Assembly (NCBI GenBank): GCA_040752415.1
Contig: JBFMGU010000126.1
Coordinates: forward strand, 1-30,413
From: Myxococcota bacterium
GTDB taxonomy: Bacteria > Myxococcota > JACRCW01
Reading direction: 5' to 3'
DNA: 30,413 bases
In this document: positions 8,187 to 15,900 of the stretch, in pieces
Layout: every line of letters starts with the position of its first letter
Numbering within the stretch: position 1 is the first letter of the stretch
Notes under the pieces: generated by a model
What the model was told of the DNA's origin: nothing
The model's input: the letters and a program-made list of their open reading frames with translations, nothing else
The model's database searches: none
Position numbers and translations under genes: made by a program

Positions 8187-9377
8187 TCAGTGTCCGGAGG
8201 ACTGGAAGATGAAGGGATAGCTCACCACCACCACGCCTCCTCCTCGTGGCGGCGGGAACATCATGCGTTGCACCACGCGCAGCACGCAGGTCTCCACCAC
8301 GTCGTCATCCAGGGCACTCTCCTGGACCTCGGCCTGGGACACCCTTCCGGTGCCGGCGATGGTGAAGCCGATGTGAACCTTGCCCGCGAGGTTGGGGTTG
8401 CGGTTCAGCTCCTTCTCGTAACAGTGCTTCACCAGTGACAGGTAGCGACGGATCACCTGGCCCACCTCGTCCTTGGAGAGCCCTCCGTCGACGACCGAAC
8501 GCCGGTTGTCCACCTCCACCCGGCGCTTGGCGCGCGTGTCCGAGAGACTCACGTCCGTGCCGTTGCGCACTCCGTCGGGAGAGCCGATGACGCCGATGTT
8601 CTGCACGTTCCCACCCCCGCCGCTGCCGATGGAACGCGTGCCCAGTCCTTCACTGCCCCGTGCATCCGCGAGCGCGCCCCGACCAAGCACTCCCGCCGCG
8701 GTGTGCAGCTCATTGCCGATTCCCGGAGAGCCCAGCACCGCGGCGACGGCGCCATTCTGACGGAGCGCCATCAGCAGCGGAGAGCGTTGCACCGCTTCCC
8801 GGTCCGCGCGTCGTGAGCCCGTGGAGAGACGGGCCGGGTTGCGTGGTGCGTCACGTCGTCCCAGCGTGCCTTGTTTGCCGCTGGCCTGCTGGCCTTGTCG
8901 CACGTGCCGGGGAGTGGGGGGCTTGCGGATGGGTGGCTCGCGGATGGTGCTGGTGATGCGGCGCGCGGTCTGGAGCGCGGTGTCGTCGAGCGCAGGCAGG
9001 TGCGGTGTGAGGTGCAACGCAAAGCCCAGCATGGCGCTGGTGGCCAGCGTGGCGGTGAGCACCTGCGCGAAGAGCACGTCCAGCGTGGGAGTGGAGGACA
9101 CCACCTGCGGGACGTCGTCGACGAAGCGCAGGCGATGCGTCAGTCCGTCGACCTCGAGGTGCAGCGTCTCATCCGGGCGGAGCACCACGGGCTCGTGTGT
9201 TGAACGCGGCTGGTTGTTGCAGCGGATCCTGGCGCACGGCGGTGCGTTCACGACGACGTGGTCCGCGCCCCACTCCACACGAAGGTCCGACCAGGGAAGC
9301 GCTTGCGAGTGGTGCAGGTGACGCAGGTCGATGAGTGTGTCGGCCCACCACGTGGTGAGCTCAAGGGTGGATGGCAT
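8187..9377 (-). CDS. AgmX/PglI C-terminal (TonB-C-like) domain membrane protein, GltG-like paralog
   Basis: Central TM segment and Gly-rich linker. The C-terminus GGLSKDEVGQVIRR..VKHCYEKEL..NPNLAGKV..FTI..G.V..CV..M.FP.PRGGG.V.VSYPF.F is typical of this family. Confidence 0.85.
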   Translation of the reverse strand: MPSTLELTTWWADTLIDLRHLHHSQALPWSDLRVEWGADHVVVNAPPCARIRCNNQPRSTHEPVVLRPDETLHLEVDGLTHRLRFVDDVPQVVSSTPTLDVLFAQVLTATLATSAMLGFALHLTPHLPALDDTALQTARRITSTIREPPIRKPPTPRHVRQGQQASGKQGTLGRRDAPRNPARLSTGSRRADREAVQRSPLLMALRQNGAVAAVLGSPGIGNELHTAAGVLGRGALADARGSEGLGTRSIGSGGGGNVQNIGVIGSPDGVRNGTDVSLSDTRAKRRVEVDNRRSVVDGGLSKDEVGQVIRRYLSLVKHCYEKELNRNPNLAGKVHIGFTIAGTGRVSQAEVQESALDDDVVETCVLRVVQRMMFPPPRGGGVVVVSYPFIFQSSGH

Positions 9378-9503
9378 GGCGGTGCCTCTTCCAGGCGAAC
9401 GTGCGCCCGGCGGTGATGTCAGTCTGGGGGTGTGCGGGAAGAGACAGCGGGGTCCGCAAAAGGTTCCTTGCGGAGCAATTGCGGCGCGTACTACCCGGGA
9501 TGC

Positions 9504-10256
9504 ATGGGATCCGTGGTGCGGCTGCTCGTCGCTGCGGGGTTGCTGGGTGCGGTGGCGTGCCCGGCCTCCGTCCACGTCTCCGCTGGAGAAGCCGAGCCGC
9601 TGGCGGTGGACATCCCGGATGCCAAGGCGCCGTTGCCTGATGCCGGCCTGCGCGACGCCGCACTTCGCGACGCCACGGTCATTCCTCCGGATGCCGGACG
9701 AGACGCTGGTGAGGGTGTTGATGCGTCCTCTCCGCGTGATGCTTCCGTTGCCCCCGACGCCACCCGTCCCGACGCTGCCGTGCGGGTCGACGCGGGCATC
9801 CCGCTCGCGCGATGGACGGCGGATCCCACGCCCGACGTCGCGGGATATCTCTCGCTGCGCGCGGTCGCCGTGACGACGGAGCGCGTGACCTTCGCGGTGG
9901 ATGTCACCACGCCCATCCCGGTCTTTGGCGCGGCGGTGCGGCTGGAGCACGCGTCGACGGTTCTGCGAATGGTGGATGTGACGTCGTGTGGCGGGCTGGA
10001 TGGGGCAGGACCGGCACCGCGCACGTGGCGGGAGGTGGGGCCGGGCCAGGTGTGGGTGGGGATTGCGTCGGCTTCAAGGCAGAGCCTGCTCAACGCCACG
10101 CAGGGCGCGTGCCTCCTGCTGGTCACCTACGACGTGGTCGCCCCGGGAACCACGCGCGTGGACCTGGTCCCGTCACGCAGCGCGGCGGTGGGACCAGCGG
10201 CCAACACGTATGCCACCAGTGCCGTGGCCGGTGGGTTGCTCGAGGTGACGCCATGA
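9504..10256 (+). CDS. Lipoprotein with an Asp/Ala/Pro-rich (DAG/PDA) linker and a C-terminal cohesin-like domain
   Basis: Lipobox GAVA-C, then repeated PDAG/DA linker units. The beta-rich domain (VTFAVDV..VFGAAVRLEH..VLRMVDV..GQVWVG..LLLVTYDVVAPGTTRVDL) follows the cohesin strand pattern. Its stop overlaps the next start (ATGA at 10253-10256). Confidence 0.7.
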   Translation: MGSVVRLLVAAGLLGAVACPASVHVSAGEAEPLAVDIPDAKAPLPDAGLRDAALRDATVIPPDAGRDAGEGVDASSPRDASVAPDATRPDAAVRVDAGIPLARWTADPTPDVAGYLSLRAVAVTTERVTFAVDVTTPIPVFGAAVRLEHASTVLRMVDVTSCGGLDGAGPAPRTWREVGPGQVWVGIASASRQSLLNATQGACLLLVTYDVVAPGTTRVDLVPSRSAAVGPAANTYATSAVAGGLLEVTP

Positions 10257-12121
10257 AGCGGTGGTTGTCGCTTCTCCTCGCGCTCCTGGCGCCGCAGGGG
10301 GCGTGGGCTGCCACGGAGCTGCAACGTCACTTCGACGCGCTGTGGCTGGAAGCGGCATCCCGCGCTCCCACGACGACGGTGCACCCGTTGGGCATCCCGC
10401 GTACCCCGTCCGGTGACTATGACCTCCACCGCGTCGACGTGGATATGACCATCCATCCCGACGACGGAACGCTGGACGCCACAACGACACTGACGTTGGC
10501 GGCACAGGCGACCACGCTGACGCGACTGACCATGTACCAGGTGGGACTCCAGCTCTTGTCCGTCTCCGACGAGCAGGGCGCGCTCACCTGGCAGCTGGAC
10601 CCCAACACCGCGGAGCTGGTCATTGCGCTGCGAACCGCGTTGGCGCCGCAACAGAGCGTGACGTTGACGCTGGTCTACACCGGCACGCCGTGGTGCAACG
10701 GGGACTGCAACATTGGCGAGATCACGTACCTGCCGCTGTACCACCTGATGCCGTATGACCCGGACCTGTTCACGGGCGCGTGGGACGACCGTTACCTCGC
10801 CGGGTACCGCGTGGTGGTGCCCGCGACGCATGGCGTGCTGGCTTCTGGTGAGCTGGTCTCCCAGGAGCTCCGCGACGACGGCACCGCCGCGCACACCTTC
10901 GAGCAGGCCCACCCCGGTTTGTTCTTTGGCATCACCGCCGCGCCCTACAACATCACCGGAGGGAGCATGCCGGTGGCCTTGCGCGTGGCCGCACTGCCTG
11001 GTCACGACGTGCAAGCCCCGGTGTTCATGCAGATCCTCGGCGACGCGCTGCAGACCTACTCCACGCACTACGGCGCTTTGCGCTTCAGTCACGTGGGCAT
11101 GGCGGAGATTCCCTACAGCAGCGTGGCGCAGGCGTATGGATTGGAGGCGCTCATCTGGTACGCGGAGCCGCACCTCGTCGACGCGGCCGCGCCATTCGGC
11201 TCCCTCACGCTGGCGCACGAGGCCGGTCACCAGTGGTGGGCGAACATGGTGGCGGTGGCGGAAGCAGAGGCGCCGTGGCTCTCGGAGGGATTCGCGGAGT
11301 TCTCCGCCATGCTCTACACGGAGGAAACCCTGGAGCCGGTGACCTACACCTCCGACGAGAAACGCGCGCTGCGTGCCCTGCACGGGGACTACTACGTCTA
11401 CCGCGACCTCTTCGGCGTGCAGGACGTTCCCCTGACCAGCGCGGACATCCGTCTCGCCGACTCCACGACGTCGTTCATAGTGACCTACATGAAGGGTGCC
11501 ATGGTGGTGGAGGCGTTGCGCGACCTCCTGGGAGACCAGACCTTCAACACGACCATGCAGCGCTACGTCTCGCTCCACGGCGAGGACGGGGTCACGACGT
11601 CGATCTTGCAGGCGGTGGCGGAGGCGGAATCGGGCCTCCCACTGGATGATTTCTTCGCCGCGTGGGTGTTCGGCACCGGTTCCCCGCGTTACACCGTGCG
11701 CACCCTGCTCGCCGACGCTGGAGCCTACGTGACGTTGTCCCTGGATGACCCCACCTTCGTGAACCAGCCCGTGCTGGTGCGCGCCGCGGGACCCGGGGTG
11801 GCCTGCGCGGACGTCCTCGTCACCGTGCCGTCCAGCGGAACGCAGGTGGAGCTGTTGTGCACCGGTGCTCCCGCGCGCGTCGACGTGGACCCGGAGTACC
11901 GGTTTCCCCGTCGGGTCCGCTCCGAGCAGCCCGGCGACCTGGACGGCTCCGGTGACGTCGACGGCTTTGACTTCGTGGCGGCGGTCCACGCGCGCGACGC
12001 AAGCTTCCATCTCAATTCCTCCCACTGGAACCCGGAAGCGGACCTGGATGAGGACGGTCAGATCACCCAGGCGGACCTCGACGTCATCGAGGCAACTTTC
12101 GGCCAATCCCTGACGCCGTAG
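10253..12121 (+). CDS. Secreted M1-family zinc aminopeptidase with a C-terminal dockerin domain
   Basis: Signal peptide MKRWLSLLLALLAPQGAWA; HEAGH-x18-E (LAHEAGHQWW..WLSEGFAEF); catalytic Tyr region TYMKGAMV; two Ca-loop repeats GDLDGSGDVDGFD and ADLDEDGQITQAD at the C-terminus. Confidence 0.9.
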   Translation: MKRWLSLLLALLAPQGAWAATELQRHFDALWLEAASRAPTTTVHPLGIPRTPSGDYDLHRVDVDMTIHPDDGTLDATTTLTLAAQATTLTRLTMYQVGLQLLSVSDEQGALTWQLDPNTAELVIALRTALAPQQSVTLTLVYTGTPWCNGDCNIGEITYLPLYHLMPYDPDLFTGAWDDRYLAGYRVVVPATHGVLASGELVSQELRDDGTAAHTFEQAHPGLFFGITAAPYNITGGSMPVALRVAALPGHDVQAPVFMQILGDALQTYSTHYGALRFSHVGMAEIPYSSVAQAYGLEALIWYAEPHLVDAAAPFGSLTLAHEAGHQWWANMVAVAEAEAPWLSEGFAEFSAMLYTEETLEPVTYTSDEKRALRALHGDYYVYRDLFGVQDVPLTSADIRLADSTTSFIVTYMKGAMVVEALRDLLGDQTFNTTMQRYVSLHGEDGVTTSILQAVAEAESGLPLDDFFAAWVFGTGSPRYTVRTLLADAGAYVTLSLDDPTFVNQPVLVRAAGPGVACADVLVTVPSSGTQVELLCTGAPARVDVDPEYRFPRRVRSEQPGDLDGSGDVDGFDFVAAVHARDASFHLNSSHWNPEADLDEDGQITQADLDVIEATFGQSLTP

Positions 12122-12129
12122 GTGCTCAC

Positions 12130-12912
12130 GTGTGTCTTCTCATTGTGCTTCACAAGGTCCACCCGGAAGCCCCGTTGCTCATTGCCGCCAACCGCGACGA
12201 GCTCCTGGCGCGACCCGCCGTGGCCATGACCGTGCTGCAACAGAAGGGTCCACGCATCCTGGGTGGTCGCGACGAGGTGGCGGGAGGAACGTGGCTGGCC
12301 ACCAACGAGCACGGCGTGGTGGCGGGGTTGACGAATCTCCCGTCGGTGAACGGCCGCGACCCGTCGCGACGCTCGCGCGGTGAGCTGCCGCTGGCGTTGG
12401 CACAACACGAGACGGCGGCGCGTGCGGTGGAGGTGTTTGCACGGGAGCATCGGCCGCGCGACTACAACCCGTGCTGGATTCTCGTCGGCGACGCCACGTC
12501 GCTGTTCTACGTGGACATGACCAACGGTGACACGCCGCAGGTGCGCGAGCTGGCATCCGGAATCCACGTGCTGGAGAACCGCCCGCTGGAGGTGGATTCC
12601 CCCAAGGTGGAGCAGGTGCAGGCGCTGCTTGGCGGTGTGATGCCGCGTCGTGGCGACGAGCTGGTGAGCGCGCTCACCGCGGTGGTTGCCAGTCACATCA
12701 TCCCGGAGCGCATCCTGCGTGAGCCGCACCCGGTGTATCCGTCGGAGGCGGCGGCGCCGTGCGTGCACGCGGGAATGTATGGCACGCGGTCCTCGTCGGT
12801 GATCCGGGTGTTGCCGGGAGCGAAGCCCCGCTTGTGGTCCGCGGACGGAACGCCCTGCACCGCACCCATGCGCGAGGTGAGCGCGTTGTGGTCCGGTGAC
12901 GACGTGGCGTGA
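12130..12912 (+). CDS. NRDE family (TANGO2-like, Ntn-fold) protein
   Basis: N-terminal MC, IAANRDE, GGRD..GGTWL, SRGEL and YGTRSS motifs. Confidence 0.9.
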   Translation: MCLLIVLHKVHPEAPLLIAANRDELLARPAVAMTVLQQKGPRILGGRDEVAGGTWLATNEHGVVAGLTNLPSVNGRDPSRRSRGELPLALAQHETAARAVEVFAREHRPRDYNPCWILVGDATSLFYVDMTNGDTPQVRELASGIHVLENRPLEVDSPKVEQVQALLGGVMPRRGDELVSALTAVVASHIIPERILREPHPVYPSEAAAPCVHAGMYGTRSSSVIRVLPGAKPRLWSADGTPCTAPMREVSALWSGDDVA

Positions 12913-12928
12913 GGAAGGTCGGTACGGT

Positions 12929-15900
12929 TCAATCCGGGCGGATGAGCAGGGTGTAGCTTCCCGCCGCCACGGAGTCGTCCGCGCCCATCACCTGGAAGTG
13001 CACGCCGTAGACGGGCGGGATGTCGATGATCACCGCGGAACACGCGTTCCCAAGCGGGAGCCCGCCGCCGAGGGGGAAGCCGTCCGGGCTGTAAAGGTTG
13101 AGCCGGAGGTCGGGACTGTCGCAGGGGACCGCCCGTCCCGAGGCGCCGTAGAGCTCGGCGCGGACGCGCAGCGCGGTGTCCTCGGCGGGGTTGGCAACGT
13201 AGAAGAAGTCCTCGTCGCCGGCGGGCGTGATGGCGCCGCTGATGAACACCACGCTCGGGACCGGTTGCGCTGCCGCGGGGAAGTCGTCGCCGAACTCTCC
13301 GCCCGCCGTCGACGGGGCGCCGTCGTCGTTGGGCTCCGGCTCCGGGATGGCCTCGGGGAAGCAGGTGTCGTCGCAGCCGTCGCCATTGCTGGTGTTCGTG
13401 TCGTCGCAGAGTTCGTCACCCTCCACGCGGCCGTTACCGCACACCGGGTGCGCGCAGACGTACGCGGAAAGATCATCCAGGAGGCACAGGCCGTCGGCGC
13501 AGCGCGTGTCGACCTCGTCGGGATCACAAGGTTCACCCAGCGCCATCACGAAGCGCTCCCGGATGGTGATCTCGAAGTCCCCGGGCACGGGCTCGGTGCC
13601 ATAGGGCCCGAACGGCTCCACGCCGATGTACACGGTGGAGCCGCCGGCGAAGTTGTTGGCGTTGGCCCGGGCCACGCCGTTGTCGGCGAAGCCACAGCCC
13701 TGCACGCCCTGGGTGCAGTCGCCGAAGATCTGGATGGTGTGCGGGTCACCGGCGACCTCCACAAACACGTCGCGGAAGTCACTGGCGGTGCCTGACACCG
13801 TGTAGCGGAAGAAGGTTTCCGGGAGGGTGACCGACACCGCGCACGCGTTGTCCAGCTGGTCTCCCGCTCCGACGGTGGTGCCCACGGTGGGCACGCCGGT
13901 TTCAAGCAGCGCGCCGGCGTTGCAGGTGGTGACGGGATCAGGACGGTTGGTGCAGACGTGGCCACCGCCGCCGTCGGGCGCGCACACCTGCGAGGGCTGG
14001 CACCGGTTGTCCAGGCCCGCGGGGTCGCACGGTTGATCCGCGTCCAGGACCTCGCGCTCGTACAGCACCAGCTCATAGGGCCCAGGAGCCACGTTCGTGC
14101 CGTCGAGCGGGTTGTAGCCACCTGCGACCAGCACCGAAAGCGACGTGCCCGCGCCCACGTTGGCCAGCAACAGGCCGCGCTCGGTGTCCGTTTCCGTGGT
14201 CACGCCGCACGCCTGCTCGAAGAATGCGGAGGTGCAGAACGCAGCGTCCCGGATGGAAAGGGCCATGTTGCCGCCGGTGAGACGCACCACCACGTCGGAA
14301 AGCGTGGCGCTGGTGGTGTACCGGTAGAACGCCTGCGCAACACCACGCTCGTAACAGGCCATGACCGTCACGGCGCCGTCGGTCAGCGTGGATTGCACCA
14401 GGTCGCCATGCACCAGCGGGGTGGCGTCGGCGCAAGCGTTCTGCGCGGCGGTCCCCGCGTCCTGACAGGTGTGCCCGCCCTGTCCGTCGGGAGCGCACGC
14501 GTGGGGAATGCCGCTGTCGTCGTCGCAGCGGTTCTGCAGGCGGAAGGGATCGCACGCGCTGCCCGGCGGCAGCACCGGACGCTCCGTGATGCGCACGTTC
14601 AAGGGGCCGCCAATGGGAGCTCCCTGGTCGTCGACGCCGCCGCCGATCACGACGGCAAGCGGTTGTTGCGCCTGGACATTGTAGAGCATCAGCGCGTGCT
14701 GCGTGGCGTTGTCCGGGATCGCTTCGCAAGCCGCTTCGGCATAGTCGTACTGGCAGTCGTAGCGCACACCCACGAGAGTGCGCGCCGGTCCTTCCACCTC
14801 CACGACGACATCCGCGACGTTGGCACCGGTGAGATAGCCGTAGATCACGTTGGAGGATGGCTCGCCGCACGCCATGCCAGTGATCGGTGGCGCGTTGTCC
14901 AGCGAGCCCGCCATCCACTCGCCCGAGGTCAGCGACGGCGCCGCTTCGCACGCTGCCTGCAACGCCGCGTCCGGTGGGGTGCAGGTGTAGCCGGCCTGAT
15001 CGCTCCCGAGGCATTCCAGGCCCAGGTCGGGGTCACACAGGCGCATCGGGTCGGCGGGGTCGCAAGGCTCGTCCTGGTTGAGGATCACCAGCTCCTCGAC
15101 GGTGAGCGTGAAGGGACCCGCGAATTGCGGCGCCGAGGGAGCCACGGCCAGGAACAGGTTGGTGCCCGGCTCGTACCGGTTGCCCACCTGGGTCCCCAGC
15201 GTGGTCCAATTGCCGCACGTGTCGTCGGCAGGAGACGGGGCGCAGGCGCGGCGCAGGTCCAGGAAGTGCGGCTCGCCCTGCGTCAAGCTGATGGTGACGT
15301 AGGAGGCGTGCGTGGCGTCGGTGGTGAAGGAGAAGGTGGATTCCGGCAACACCGTGTCCTCGGCAAGGCAGAGGCTGCGGGTGACGTTGGTGGCCGTGGT
15401 GGAGTCTCCCTGGACCTCGCCCACCTGCAACGGCGTGGCAGCGGTGCACGCGGCAAGCTCCGCGGCGGCCTGGTCCTGGCAGGTTCCTTCCTGGCACACC
15501 TGGCCCAACGTGCAGGCATCCCGAATCCCACGCGGGTCGCACGTTGCGCCGGCGTCACGAACGGGGAACGGGTTGACGGGAATGTTCAACGTGGCGCTGC
15601 GCATCCCGGCGGCGTCCACCAGCGTCACGTCCGCGCTGGCCAGATCTCCGAGGTTGAGGATGGCGGTGCCCCCGTAACGGGCCACGGCGTCGTCAAAGGT
15701 CGTCCGGCCGCGGGTACCGGAGTTCATCCGCACGAGGGGCTGGAACTCCTCGAGGCCACCGCCACCGCTGTGGGCCAGGATCAGCAGCGGGGCACCTTGC
15801 GCGTCCCGCGGCAGCACCTCCAGGCTGAACGCGTCACCGTCGGGGTCGGTGCCATCCAGCACACCGCGCAGGCCTTCCACCCAGCCGTCCGCGTCGTCAT

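Noticed and set aside
9812..10252. N-terminal extension of the M1 peptidase in the ORF track (similar extensions at 5627, 17914, 9950 and 25410)
   Set aside because: These extensions overlap neighbouring real genes. Downstream starts with a signal peptide, RBS or family-typical N-terminus fit better.
10127..12106. 659-aa minus-strand ORF (likewise 19119-20996, 26886-28193 and 28733-29863)
   Set aside because: Antisense shadows of motif-supported genes.
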